A DNA stretch of 64,000 bases from Rebecca billardiae RCC1528 (lineage: Eukaryota > Protista > Haptophyta). Where the stretch lies: positions 744,001 to 808,000 of the forward strand of contig OZ251240.1 in assembly GCA_965240325.2 (NCBI GenBank), in the 5' to 3' direction. The notes under the pieces were generated by a model. It had not been told where the DNA came from. It made no database searches and worked only from the letters and a program-made list of their open reading frames with translations. Both the position numbers and the translations under genes were made by a program. Shown here piece after piece: positions 1 through 10,504 of the stretch. Numbering within the stretch: the stretch's first letter is position 1; every line of letters begins with the position of its first letter.

Positions 1-217
1 CTCATCGTGCTCAGCGCACGCGCTGCAGGCATGCGCGCCGGGGGGCGTAGGAGCGCAGGGCTCAGCTCGCGAGGGCGGGCGCGTGCGCTCGGGAAGAGAG
101 GTGCTCAAAGCCCGCGTGGTGCGCACCCAGGCTTGTCTTTCCGCTGTCGACATGGCCAAGCACGCCCACATTCGCGTTGAGAGTCCGCGTGTTCGCGGCG
201 CCGTCGTCCCCGCCCAT
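1..217 (-). CDS. EEFSEC: Selenocysteine-specific elongation factor (eEFSec/SelB), 5' part; exons 217-127 and 22-<1
   Basis: Manual minus-strand translation from ATG 217 gives MGGDDGAANTRTLNANVGVLGHVDSGKTSL, then a GTGCGC...CTGCAG intron (126-23), then ARALSTM. Matches the eEFSec N-terminus NVGVLGHxDSGKTxLARALST. Not in the ORF track. Confidence 0.85.
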
Positions 218-274
218 CGTGGTGCGCTGCGGCGGCTGGGCGTGACCGAACTACCGCCGAAGCCGTCCACGTGA

Positions 275-994
275 ATGAAGCCCCCACTCGGCATGCAGCG
301 ATGGTGGACTGCTCTGCCGGCCGGCACGGAAAGATGGCGGACCACGCTGCTCGTGCGACGGCGCAGCACGAAGGCCTGGGTCCAACGGCAGGCGAATGAC
401 CACTTCGTCGCGCAGGCAAAGCGGCTCGGCCTGCGATCGCGCGCGGCGTTCAAGCTCGACGAGCTCGACAAGAAGCTCGGCTTGCTGCGTGCAGGCGACA
501 CTGTGCTCGACCTCGGTGCATCGCCTGGCTCGTGGTCGCAGATCGCTGCCGAGCGCGTGGGCAAGGCTGGGCACGTGGTCGCGGCCGATCTGCTGAGCAT
601 GCAGCCGATCCATCGTGTGCACTCGCTCCAGCTCGACGTCTTCGACGACGATGCGGAGGCCACACTCCGCACGGCCCTCGCCGAGCGCGTGCCGAATGTC
701 ATCCTGAGCGATATGGCGCCCGACACGTGTGGGATCCGCGACGTGGACCACTGGCGCTCTATCGAGCTCTGCGAGCGCGCGCTCGCGCTTGCCAGGGCAC
801 TCCTGGCCGACGGCGGCCACCTGGTGTGCAAGCTCTTCGATGGCGGCGACGAGCCGAGACTGCGGAAGCAGTTTACCGCCTGCTTTGCCAAAGTGCGCCG
901 CGTCAAGCCTGCGAGCTCGCGCAAGGAGTCGCGCGAGCTCTTCGTCGTCGGCACGGGCTTCCACGCGCCAGGCGAATCGGCGCCGATTGTGTGA
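275..994 (+). CDS. rlmE: RlmE/FtsJ-family rRNA 2'-O-methyltransferase (MRM2-like, probably organellar)
   Basis: RSRAAFKLDELD, VLDLGASPGSWSQ, VILSDMAP, LVCKLF and KPASSRKESRELF supply the K-D-K-E tetrad. Confidence 0.93.
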   Translation: MKPPLGMQRWWTALPAGTERWRTTLLVRRRSTKAWVQRQANDHFVAQAKRLGLRSRAAFKLDELDKKLGLLRAGDTVLDLGASPGSWSQIAAERVGKAGHVVAADLLSMQPIHRVHSLQLDVFDDDAEATLRTALAERVPNVILSDMAPDTCGIRDVDHWRSIELCERALALARALLADGGHLVCKLFDGGDEPRLRKQFTACFAKVRRVKPASSRKESRELFVVGTGFHAPGESAPIV

Positions 995-1793
995 GGGGGC
1001 GCAGCGATGCTGGTGGCCGGGTGGCAGCGCACGGCGCTTTGCTTGGGGCCGAGATTCCAGTCTGACTCAGTGGCCAAGCTGAGCCAGCCAGACCAGCTTG
1101 TGCCAGTTTCAGCGGAACTTTGACAGCTCCACCGGAGCCCGAGCTGAGCCCGCGGTAGCGTATTCATGATGATGTGCATACTGATGACGATGATGATGTC
1201 GTAATGATCCGGACTGAGCCGGTGCCGCAATGCATGATTAGAGCTGATGAAAGCAGCTGAATTATAACAATAATAGTTATATGAACGGTCCGGTCCAACT
1301 GTTACTGGCAAACTGTCACTGTGAGTCCGACTGCTCACTCACTGCGTGCGACGACGCGACTCTCACGGCTCACGCCGCACTAGCCGTCGTAGCGCGCGGC
1401 CCGCGGGCAGTCTCACCGCGCAGCCCCGGCGGTGCCGAGATAGCCTCTCAGCAAGCTGGTCAGAGTGGCAGGCCTGAACGGGCTACTCAGCATAGCACGC
1501 CCTGTCCGAGTAGTACAGGCTACACTGTCTGTCTCCGAGTACGACACTCTAGTCTCTTATACCGAGCCGTCCCGCGACCGTGCCGATGGCAACGAGTACT
1601 TACGGCTAGTGCCTACAGTCGGGCCTGACCGGCCAGTGAGACTCACTGGCCAGGCCTGAAGCTCATCAGTGACATCACGCGCACCGCGTGGTAGCTTCGG
1701 TGATCAACATTTATACTCAGTACTCACTCCTAGTGAGTCCTACCGTAAGCTTCTAAGTATTACTCGTCAGTAGTTATAATAGGTTCCGAGTAC

Positions 1794-2510
1794 TCAGTAG
1801 TCAGAGCCCGAGCGCTTGATCAGCCCGCTCTCGCGGTAGAACGTGCAGCCAGCGCGCAGGGCGAGGTAGAGCAGGAAGCCGCACGGCCCCGCGAACATCG
1901 TGCTGAGCAGGCATGGCACGACGAGCAGGTGCGGCACGCGCCAGAGCAGCCCCTTCGAGTCCACCTTGATCTTGTTCGCGTCCTCCACGATCGATCGCGC
2001 GATCAGCAGGTCGAACACGACGTAGTGGATCCAGCCGACGAAGACCAGCGCGGGGTCGGAGAAGAGTTTGACGAGTCCAGCTAGGCTCGTCATGTCAGAG
2101 AAGGCCGCGCCCGCGCCCGGCGCGAGGAGCTGCGGCACGACGAGCAGCGCGTACAGGCACGCAAACCCAATCGCAGTCCCCGTCACAATCGGCTTCGTGT
2201 AGCGCCAGCGCGGGAGGAGGAGGAGGAGGAGCCAGGCCGGCATGACCGCGTTGACCACGGGGAAGAGCGCCTCGTCCGTCAGCGCGCGCACGCCTGGGAT
2301 CACGATCGGCATGAGCGCGAGCGGCGGCGACATGCCGCTGCCGCCGGCCCGCTGATCGACGCGCTTCGCCAGCGCCGAGACGGCGCGACCGACGCGTGCG
2401 GGCAGCGGCGAAACGGCGCGGGGCAGAGCGCGAGGGCGCGCCAGCTGGACGGCGGCCGCGGCCGGCGCGGCGTTCGCCGCCAGGAGGAGCACAGCAACGG
2501 CGCCTCGCAT
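1794..2510 (-). CDS. ABA4: ABA4-like (DUF4281) membrane protein, probably plastid-targeted
   Basis: PAWLLLLLLPRWRYT, GWIHYVVFDL and PCLLSTMFAGPCGFLLY; hydrophobic signal followed by an Arg/Ala-rich transit-like segment. Confidence 0.85.
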   Translation of the reverse strand: MRGAVAVLLLAANAAPAAAAVQLARPRALPRAVSPLPARVGRAVSALAKRVDQRAGGSGMSPPLALMPIVIPGVRALTDEALFPVVNAVMPAWLLLLLLPRWRYTKPIVTGTAIGFACLYALLVVPQLLAPGAGAAFSDMTSLAGLVKLFSDPALVFVGWIHYVVFDLLIARSIVEDANKIKVDSKGLLWRVPHLLVVPCLLSTMFAGPCGFLLYLALRAGCTFYRESGLIKRSGSDY

Positions 2511-2694
2511 CGCGAGCTGCTCTTGTCGAGCGATGCCCCGACTGGAATCTGCTGCTCGTCTCGTCGGGGCGGGGGGCCGCAGCCGCGCAGCGCGCAGCGG
2601 TGCCGTTCTAGTGCCGGTCTTTGCACGTTAAAACATAGTAAACTGTACACAGCTGCGACTATTCGACTAACTAACGGCGAGTAATTCATTAACA

Positions 2695-5067
2695 ATGGCG
2701 ACCGCCATGGATCTGCGCGAGCGGGCCCATGTGCTCGAGGTGCAGCGCGGCGCGCTGCTCGCCGAGCTGCGGCGACGAGTCCGCCACTCGCCGCCCAGCG
2801 CAGCAGCCACGCCGCACCCGCGACCGACGGGGCGCGACCCTTTGCGCGCGCAGCTCGTCGCCGAGATCGTGTCGCGCGCGCACTCGCAGGAGCTGCCCTC
2901 GCCGGCGGTCGGCGCGGCGCCGCCGTCCGAAGCGCAGCGAGAGGCGCTCTTCGCCGAGCTGCAGCGGCGGGTGCGTCGGGCCCCCGAATCGCCGGCGCAC
3001 GAAGAGCAGCGCGAGGCGCTCTTCGACGAGCTGCACCGCCGCGTGAGCCGGACGCCGGAATCATCGCAGCGCCGTGCTTCCGCCCCGCCCGCCTCCCCGC
3101 CACGGCGCTCGCCGGGCGCACCCTCGTCCACGCCGGGCGCACCGGCTTCCACGCCGCGCCGCACGCCGGCGTCCACGCCGCGCCGCACGCCCGCCGCGCG
3201 GCCCCCGCCGCCGCTCAGCGCAGCGCGCGGCAGCGCCGGCCGCACTCCGCCGAGCGCGGGCGGCTGCTCTGTGCTGAGCCGCCTGAGCAAGGAGCAGCTG
3301 ACGTCTCTGGGCGCAGACCTGCGCGAGCGCGCGTCAAGCAGCGCCGCGTTGAAGCGCGCCCTGGCCGACGACCTCGCGATGGCCGCCGGCACCGCCGCGC
3401 CCGCCGCGCCGGGCTCGCCGCTCTTCGCGCGCGACATCCGCGCCGTCTCCGCCATCGAGCTGCGGGCGCTGGCGCGGTACATGCGCACGGCGCGCGCCGC
3501 GCCGCCCTCGCCCGTGTCGGCCGTGGCGCGCGCGGAGGACGACGTGCTGCAGCCGCTGAGCGAGGAGCGCGTGCGGCGGGTCGAGCGCGCGCTCGACGCG
3601 CAGCGCAACGGCGCGCTCGCCGCGGAGCAGCGCCGGCAGCTCCTCGCCGGCACCGAGCTTGGCGTGTGCTGGCTGGGCGTCGAGCTGCTACTCGACCTGT
3701 GCGACTTGCGCGCGCGCGCCGAGCCCACGGCGCACGTGGTCGCGTGCGTCGTGCGCCCGCTCACGCAGCGCGCGCAGTGCGAGCTGCGTACGCTCCTCCT
3801 CGGCGTGCGCGCGCTCGGCCTCCCCGTGCTCGGCCCCGCGACCGACTTCCACTCGTACACCTGGCTCGAGCCCTTTCGGGAGACGCTGCGCGCGGCGCGC
3901 GGCGCGCTCGGCCGCAAGGCGGATCAGCGCTCGCGATTCTTGTGGTGGGACCTCTTCTGCCAGAACCAGTGGGCGCCGGGGGACGTGGAGGGCGCGTTCC
4001 GCGGCGCGATCGCGCAGGCGGAGCGGCTGCTCCTCTCCGTGCCCAACCCGGCGCGCCCGCTCGCGATCGGGCGCACGTGGGTCCTCTTCGAGGTGATGCA
4101 GGCGGTGGTGAGCGGCACGCCGGTCGAGGTGATCGTCAATCCGCTGGCGCCGGGCGCGCTGCGCGCGGACGTGGACGCGCTGGACGTGCGCCGCGCGATG
4201 GCGACGCGGCCGGAGGACCGGGTGCGCATCCTGCAGCTCGTCGAGGCGCGCGTGCCCGGCGGCGCGCCCGCGCTCAACAGCACGGTGCGCCGCGTCGTCG
4301 TGCGAGGCCTTGCCGCCGTCGCGCTGCGCCGGCGCGCGGCGCACGGCCTCGGGCTCTCGCGCGACTCGAGCGGCAAGTGGACGCACCCGCTCGTGGCGCG
4401 CGTGCGCTGCGCCGCGCTGCGCGGCGGCGTGGGCGGCTCGGACCGCGTGCTGCTCGACGCGCTCGCCGTGCCCGCTGCGTCCGGCCCGAGCGTGCGCGGC
4501 GTGCCGCTGCCCGAGGTCCCTCTGGCAGTCGCGAGCCCGTTCCTGGCGGACGCGCCGCTGCGGCAGGCGGACGCGCGAGGGCGCGCCGTGCTGTGCGGCC
4601 GTGGCGGCTGCTCGCTCGCGGACAAGGCGCTCGCTGCGCAGGGCGCCGGCGCCGTCGCGCTGCTGATCGGCAACACGCCCGACACACCGCTCGTCTCGCG
4701 GCTGCTGCCGGCACAGGACGAGGCCGACGGGCCGCACACGCTGCAGATCCCAGTGGTGATGGTGGACGCGGAGACGAGCGCCGCGCTCGCGCGCGCGTGC
4801 TGGCAGCAGCAGCAGCAGCGGGAGCTGCTCGAGCAGCTGTCCCAGCGGCAGCGGTCGGGCGGCGGCGGCGCGCGGCGCTCGCGCACGCCCGAGCGCGCCG
4901 AGCGCGCGGACGCCAGCCCCGGCGCGCTCCCTCCGCGGGGCCGCCCGATCGCGAGCGGGGCGGGGAGGCCAGGCGCGTCCGTCGTCGTCAGTATTGTGTA
5001 TGAGCATGCGGACCTGGGCTCGCACGGCGTCGACGCGCAGCTGATCAAGGCGGTGCAGGCGCTGTGA
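2695..5067 (+). CDS. Hypothetical protein with HET/TIR-like domain and protease-associated (PA) domain
   Basis: FHSYTWLEPF...FLWWDLFCQNQW...GRTWVLFEV (HET-like motifs); AVLCGRGGCSLADKALAAQGAGAVALLIGN...IPVVMV (PA domain); N-terminal QRxALxxELxRRV repeats. Confidence 0.7.
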   Translation: MATAMDLRERAHVLEVQRGALLAELRRRVRHSPPSAAATPHPRPTGRDPLRAQLVAEIVSRAHSQELPSPAVGAAPPSEAQREALFAELQRRVRRAPESPAHEEQREALFDELHRRVSRTPESSQRRASAPPASPPRRSPGAPSSTPGAPASTPRRTPASTPRRTPAARPPPPLSAARGSAGRTPPSAGGCSVLSRLSKEQLTSLGADLRERASSSAALKRALADDLAMAAGTAAPAAPGSPLFARDIRAVSAIELRALARYMRTARAAPPSPVSAVARAEDDVLQPLSEERVRRVERALDAQRNGALAAEQRRQLLAGTELGVCWLGVELLLDLCDLRARAEPTAHVVACVVRPLTQRAQCELRTLLLGVRALGLPVLGPATDFHSYTWLEPFRETLRAARGALGRKADQRSRFLWWDLFCQNQWAPGDVEGAFRGAIAQAERLLLSVPNPARPLAIGRTWVLFEVMQAVVSGTPVEVIVNPLAPGALRADVDALDVRRAMATRPEDRVRILQLVEARVPGGAPALNSTVRRVVVRGLAAVALRRRAAHGLGLSRDSSGKWTHPLVARVRCAALRGGVGGSDRVLLDALAVPAASGPSVRGVPLPEVPLAVASPFLADAPLRQADARGRAVLCGRGGCSLADKALAAQGAGAVALLIGNTPDTPLVSRLLPAQDEADGPHTLQIPVVMVDAETSAALARACWQQQQQRELLEQLSQRQRSGGGGARRSRTPERAERADASPGALPPRGRPIASGAGRPGASVVVSIVYEHADLGSHGVDAQLIKAVQAL

Positions 5068-5937
5068 CGACGCCGGCCGCCGGTGCCGGCGACCCAGAGG
5101 AGTAGACCCGCTCCCACACTGACACTGGCATACGTAATACTACGACGACAGGATATCAGAGTCTCGGCGTCATATGGCGCGCACACTTGGCGCGACCGGA
5201 TGACGCGGGCTGCGTGACCACGGACGCACGGTCCCGCGCGGCCGGACTGACGAGTCGGGTCAGACCGCGCGACTCGCGAGCCATCGGAGCCGCCGGTGCT
5301 CAAGCGACATCAATCACACTATCACTTATCAGGCCGTCGAACAAAGTCTGATCCGCACTGCACTGCCGCACTGCCGCACTGCGCACACCGCTGCCGCCGC
5401 GCTGACACTCACTTAGTAGCAGTCATGATTAGTCACTAACCTAGATAGACTGCCAGCTGTCGGCCATCCAGTGTGCCCAATTCGTCCGTGAGGCAGCGAC
5501 TCAGACTGACACTAGTCTGACTAGTTACTCAGGCCGAGCGCGCGCGGCGCCTTAGTCATTTTCAATAATGACGATGATTGCTGACCAGCGGGAGCGGCCG
5601 GCTGCGAGTCTGCAGCGCCGTCCGAGTGCAAAGTGCGATCGGCAGTCATCGGCATGATGTCTGATGAGTGATGACTCCGCGAGTCCAGCGACCGTCGAGT
5701 CCGATAACTGATGACGACGTACGGCTAAGCTCAATCACAGTGAGTATGCTGCCACTTGATACTGCCCGCCGCGAGGAGTAGTTGAGCGCCCGGACCGGAG
5801 CGTATTTTGCGCGTGATGAGCGAGCGCGCGCATCAATCCTACAGTTCGTCCTAGCTACAGAACTGGTGTCATCTGATAACCTATCAGAGAATCTTGATGA
5901 TCGAATGGCGCAGCATGACTGTAGTTCATCGTCAGTA

Positions 5938-6300
5938 TTAGGATGGAGTGACAACCGTCACCTTGCCGCGTTTTGGAATGTATGTGACACACGTGAGCAC
6001 GCGCCGACCGTTCATCTTCACCGCGCACGTTGCGCACGACCCCATCTTGCAGCTGAACCCGATGTTGACGCCCGCGCGGTACGCCGCCAGGCTCAGTTTG
6101 GAGCCTCCCTCGATCTCGACCTTCTTGCCAGATGGTTTGAACTCGACGAGGGTCATGGCCGGGTCCGAGCGCCGGACAGCGGTGGCTGAGGTGGACCGAA
6201 TGGATCCGCCGACGCGAGAAACGACTCGTGCCGGCGATGCAGCGTGGCTGACACCGGCGAGAAGGGCCAACGCAAGCAGCACGGAGCGGAAGTTCGCCAT
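5938..6300 (-). CDS. 2Fe-2S ferredoxin-like protein with bipartite presequence
   Basis: FSCKMGSCATCAV...VLTCV (Cx4Cx2C...C); signal peptide MANFRSVLLALALLAGVSHA. Confidence 0.88.
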   Translation of the reverse strand: MANFRSVLLALALLAGVSHAASPARVVSRVGGSIRSTSATAVRRSDPAMTLVEFKPSGKKVEIEGGSKLSLAAYRAGVNIGFSCKMGSCATCAVKMNGRRVLTCVTYIPKRGKVTVVTPS

Positions 6301-6434
6301 GGTTGCTGTGGGGAGATTCCCCGGAGCCTATTGTAGCTCCGGCCGGGGTCTCACAGTAGGCTCCCGGACCGGACCGCCCGGCAGACCGGTGGCAGCCTTG
6401 CATCTAACACGCGCTCGATCACGCCACCACCGAC

Positions 6435-7124
6435 ATGCAGCACCGCGCGGCGCCGATGCGCATCCTGTGCCTGCACGGGTTCTCGCAGACAGCTGCATCG
6501 TTGAAGCGCGTGCTCGGTCTTGGGTACTTCCAACGCGTCGGCTCGATCGCCGAGCATTCGTTCCTCGACGCGCCCTTCGACGTCCCCGACCACAATGTCA
6601 GCGGGCGCGCTTGGTTCCTGCCGGAGCGCGACACGAACGGCGAGTGGCTCTACCGTGGGTGGGAGCAGACGCTCGACGCGCTTGCCGCCATGGACGCTCG
6701 TGAGGGCCCGTTCGATGGCGTGATGGGCTTCAGCCAGGGCGCCTCAGTGGCCTCGGCCCTCTCCGCGCTGGCCACTCGGGGCCAGTCGCCTCTCGAGCGG
6801 TTGAGATTCGCAATCATGGTCTCGGGCTTCGAGTTCCGCGCGCGGCACGTCGCGGGCAACGACTTCCTCTTCACGGGCGCGGCACTCGACTTCCCCTCGC
6901 TCCACGTCTACGGCCGGCGCGACCAGATCGTCAAGCCGGAGACGAGCCAGCGGCTTGCCGCCAAGTTTGCCTCCCCTGTCGTGTACGAGCACGGCAACGG
7001 GCACAGCTTCCCGCAGACCAAGGAGGCGCTGGGGGTGATGGGCGCATTCTTGAGGGAGAATGCCCGCGCGGATACTGCGGATGGCCCAAGCAGGCTCGAA
7101 GGGCGTGCGGTGACGCAGGGATGA
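6435..7124 (+). CDS. FSH1/OVCA2-family serine hydrolase
   Basis: MRILCLHGFSQ, GPFDGVMGFSQGA (GxSxG), PSLHVYGRRD, HGNGHSFP. Confidence 0.92.
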   Translation: MQHRAAPMRILCLHGFSQTAASLKRVLGLGYFQRVGSIAEHSFLDAPFDVPDHNVSGRAWFLPERDTNGEWLYRGWEQTLDALAAMDAREGPFDGVMGFSQGASVASALSALATRGQSPLERLRFAIMVSGFEFRARHVAGNDFLFTGAALDFPSLHVYGRRDQIVKPETSQRLAAKFASPVVYEHGNGHSFPQTKEALGVMGAFLRENARADTADGPSRLEGRAVTQG

Positions 7125-7439
7125 GCAGATAGCCCGGTGCGCGACATGTCCGAACGCCGCTTGCAGAATGCAGGACTCAGCAGACTGTTGAATTATCAGC
7201 AGCAGCATGAATATTATTGATGAATAATATAATACTACAGTAGTTGTATTATAATGAATGATGATGTATGATGGGGGCGGTATAGTAGGAGTGTCAAACT
7301 CATTCACCGCCCGGGCACCGGTCCCACCGCCTCAGCCTGGTCTCATCAGCAGCAGCCAGCAGCCACCCAGCGCGGCCAGCTTGGCAGCAGGCAGCGTTGA
7401 AGCGTATGAGTACTTATGTAGCTAGTCTCAATACTCTCA

Positions 7440-10121
7440 TCACGCCGCGCCACACCTGGCCGTGGGCGGCTGCTTGCGCATGTGCGCGCGCAGCTGCGGC
7501 TGCGGCACGCCATCGCCGCGGTACAGCAGGTCGTCCACGCTGAGCGTGTCCATCACCGCAGCCGGCGGCGCGCCTCCGCCGGCGGCGTCGGCCGCAGCGC
7601 CGGCCGCGCCCGCACCGCTCCTCAGCGGCGCGCGCCCATCCAGCTTCTTGTTGGCGAGCCGCGTGCCGAACTGGATCGCGCGCTTCTGCAGCCGCGTGGA
7701 TGCGCGCAGGCCGAGGCGGCGGCCGATCTCCCTGAGCGCGCGCTTGTCGCCCACGCCCGGCTCGAGCTCGAGGTCGAAGAGCGCGCCGGCGGGCGCCTCG
7801 CGTATCACGCGCATCACGCCCTCGTCTAGGAACGGGTGGCGCGGCTCGCGGCCGTGCTCCGAGATCACGCGGTCGTCGCGGCCGAGGTTGCGCACCCAGA
7901 GCCGGCGCACGTCCGTGGCGAGCTCGGCGTCGAGGCCGGGCTGCCCGCGCCGCGCGTACGCGACGCGGTGCCGGCCGTACCCTCCGAGCTGCTCGTCGGC
8001 CCCCGTGCCCACGAGGAGAACGCGCGCGCAGCACGTGTACATGCCGCCAGCGCGCGCGCGCGGCCGCTCGGCGCGGCCGCTCTCCGCCGGGGCGCACGGC
8101 GCGATCTCGAGCGAGATGGCAGGCTCGGCGCCGCAGTGCGGTGCCGGGCGTGTGATGTGAATGGAGACGCGAACCGCGTCGCGCGGGCACCGTGGCGCGG
8201 TCAGCACGCGGCGAGCGGGTGCGCACGAGCCCGCCGAGGCGTGAGGCGCGGCGTAGCGGCAGGCGGCACGCGCTGCTCCACGCATCGGCGTCATCCACGC
8301 GCGCTCGTCAGCAGTCGCGCCGACGGTGGCGTCGGCGGGGAGGGCGTGTCGCAGCGCAGCACCCGCCTCGGTCCCAGCCTCGTCCTCGTCGCTCAGCTCG
8401 AGCTCGCTGCCCTCCGCACCCGCGCCGCCCGCGTCTTCCCCGCCGCTCGACGCGCCCGCCCGCGCCACGCTGACCAGCCTGCCCTGAGCGCGGGCCCCGA
8501 ACCACAGCGCCAGCCCGATGGTGAGGTCCATCACAGTGCCCGCGGGGAAGATGCGCGCCTCGACGGCCGGCATGGCCTCGCGCAGGGCGCGCGCGCTCAC
8601 ATCGGCGAGCACGAGCCGCCACTCGCGCTGCGGGAACGCCGCGCGCAGCTCGTGCAGCCCCCGCACCGCCGAGAGCCGGTCCGGCGCTCGGGTCGGGCGC
8701 GAAGTGGCGGCGCGCGCCTCGGGCGACGCGGTCTTGCGCGGGCCGCCATTGCGCCCGCCGCCAGCCGCGCCGCCGCTGCCGGCCACCCCGCCGCGCACGG
8801 CGATCTCCGCGCTGCTCAGGGCCACGTTGATCAGCTCGATCGGCGCGTCCGGCGGCGCGTGCACACCCGCCAGCGCCGCGAGGACCATCGAGTCGATCCC
8901 GCCGGAGAAGAGCACACCCACACCCACACCCACACCCGCGCCCACACCCACGCCCACGCGCGCGGCGCCCGCAGCTGCTGCTGCTGCTGCCGCCGCGCGC
9001 TCGGCTGCAGCTGGCGGCGGAGCGTCGACGGCGTCGGCGGCGGGGGCGGCGGCTCGGGCCCGGCCTACGCGGCCGATGGCGCGCACGCGCACGCGCACCG
9101 CGTCCGAGAGCGCCGAGTACAGCGCGTCGGTCCACAGCTCGCGCGCTGCGGGTCCGCACGGCGCGTCTTGCTCCACCGCGCGCGGCGCGCTCACAAGGTG
9201 CCGCAGTGGGCGCGGCACCGGCGGCGGCGGGACGTGCGGCTCGCACACGATTCGCTCGGCGGGAGGCGCGGCCGCAGATGCCGCACAGCCGGAGTCCGAG
9301 CCCGCGCTCGGCGGCGCGAGCGAGATGCGCCACAGCCCGCCGTGGGGCAGCGGGGGCAGCTCGGCCCAGCCCGCGAGGGCCGCGACATCAGAGGGCGGTG
9401 CGGGCGCGGCGCGGCCGCGCGTCGGCCCGAGGCCGCACGGCTGCGGCTGCGCCTCGCCGAAGAGCTCGGCGATCGGCACGGCCACGGAGCACACGGCCAC
9501 GCCGCGCGGCGCGCGGCACACGAGCAGCGAGCGCCGACCCACCGGATCCCGACCGACCCAGAGCGCACCCCGCTCATGCTGCCACCACGCAAGCGCCCAC
9601 GGGCCGCGCAGCGCGGCTGTGACGTCGAGCGGCGAGCGCGCGCGCTCGAGCGCGCGCGCGAGTACAAGCGTGTCGCTCTCCCGCTCGTCCGTGTCGCTCA
9701 TCGCGCTGTCCTCCTCCGGCCCGCGCGCCCGTCCGGGCGCGTCCGATGTGCCTGGGCCGGCGGCGTCCGGTAGGCGTGCGAAGAGCTCTCCGTTCCAGGC
9801 GAGCGCGCTGCCGCTGCGCGTGCAGACCGGCTGAAGTGCGGGCGTATCACCACGCACGTGGAGTACGGAGGCGGTGACGTGCAGCACGCACGCGTGCGTG
9901 CTGCCCACGCGCACGCTGATCGTGTGCGCGCCATCAGGCCCGCGCGCGCGCAGGTATGAGGGGTGCACCGGTGCCGCCGACGGGGCCGCGGCATCGGCGC
10001 ACGCGCAGGCGTCGTCGAGAGCGACGAGTGGCGGTGCAAACCCGTCCGCGGCCGTGCCCGGCAGATTCGCCGGCACCCAGTCCACGGGCGCACCCGCGAG
10101 CACCACGCCGATGCCGCACAT
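7440..10121 (-). CDS. ASNSD1: Asparagine synthetase domain-containing protein 1
   Basis: Starts MCGI at ATG 10121; RGPD, LAWNGELF, GRDPVGRRSLL, VLFSGGIDS, GTGADEQLGGYGRH, RNLGRDDRV, KRAIQFGTR. Low-complexity inserts may include unrecognised in-frame introns. Confidence 0.9.
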   Translation of the reverse strand: MCGIGVVLAGAPVDWVPANLPGTAADGFAPPLVALDDACACADAAAPSAAPVHPSYLRARGPDGAHTISVRVGSTHACVLHVTASVLHVRGDTPALQPVCTRSGSALAWNGELFARLPDAAGPGTSDAPGRARGPEEDSAMSDTDERESDTLVLARALERARSPLDVTAALRGPWALAWWQHERGALWVGRDPVGRRSLLVCRAPRGVAVCSVAVPIAELFGEAQPQPCGLGPTRGRAAPAPPSDVAALAGWAELPPLPHGGLWRISLAPPSAGSDSGCAASAAAPPAERIVCEPHVPPPPVPRPLRHLVSAPRAVEQDAPCGPAARELWTDALYSALSDAVRVRVRAIGRVGRARAAAPAADAVDAPPPAAAERAAAAAAAAAGAARVGVGVGAGVGVGVGVLFSGGIDSMVLAALAGVHAPPDAPIELINVALSSAEIAVRGGVAGSGGAAGGGRNGGPRKTASPEARAATSRPTRAPDRLSAVRGLHELRAAFPQREWRLVLADVSARALREAMPAVEARIFPAGTVMDLTIGLALWFGARAQGRLVSVARAGASSGGEDAGGAGAEGSELELSDEDEAGTEAGAALRHALPADATVGATADERAWMTPMRGAARAACRYAAPHASAGSCAPARRVLTAPRCPRDAVRVSIHITRPAPHCGAEPAISLEIAPCAPAESGRAERPRARAGGMYTCCARVLLVGTGADEQLGGYGRHRVAYARRGQPGLDAELATDVRRLWVRNLGRDDRVISEHGREPRHPFLDEGVMRVIREAPAGALFDLELEPGVGDKRALREIGRRLGLRASTRLQKRAIQFGTRLANKKLDGRAPLRSGAGAAGAAADAAGGGAPPAAVMDTLSVDDLLYRGDGVPQPQLRAHMRKQPPTARCGAA

Positions 10122-10504
10122 GGCGGCCACGCTCGCGCGCGGCGCTCTGCAGGCCTCGACTTCTGCTCCGGCTTTTCAGCGCGCGAATTTATTGTTGATG
10201 CGAAGGCGCAGCCATCGCATCGCCATCAATTCGCTCGTCGACGACGCCAGCCCTGCGAGGGTCTTGAGTAGTTTGCAAGGTCATCAAGTTCCGGTCTTGA
10301 TGCACGTGGCTCGCGCGAGCGCTGCACATCGACGCCGCTGCTCTGAAACCGTCCGCCAAGCCCCCTGCCTCCCCTCTGCGCGAAGACGCCGCTTGAAGAT
10401 TCGTCTTTCGTCCGGGGCGGCCGCCGCCCATCACGGAGAGCAAGGCTTCATCACGAATTGGATCTCGGCCGCGGGTGTTGGACCGCGTGGAGACGGCTGA
10501 GCCG

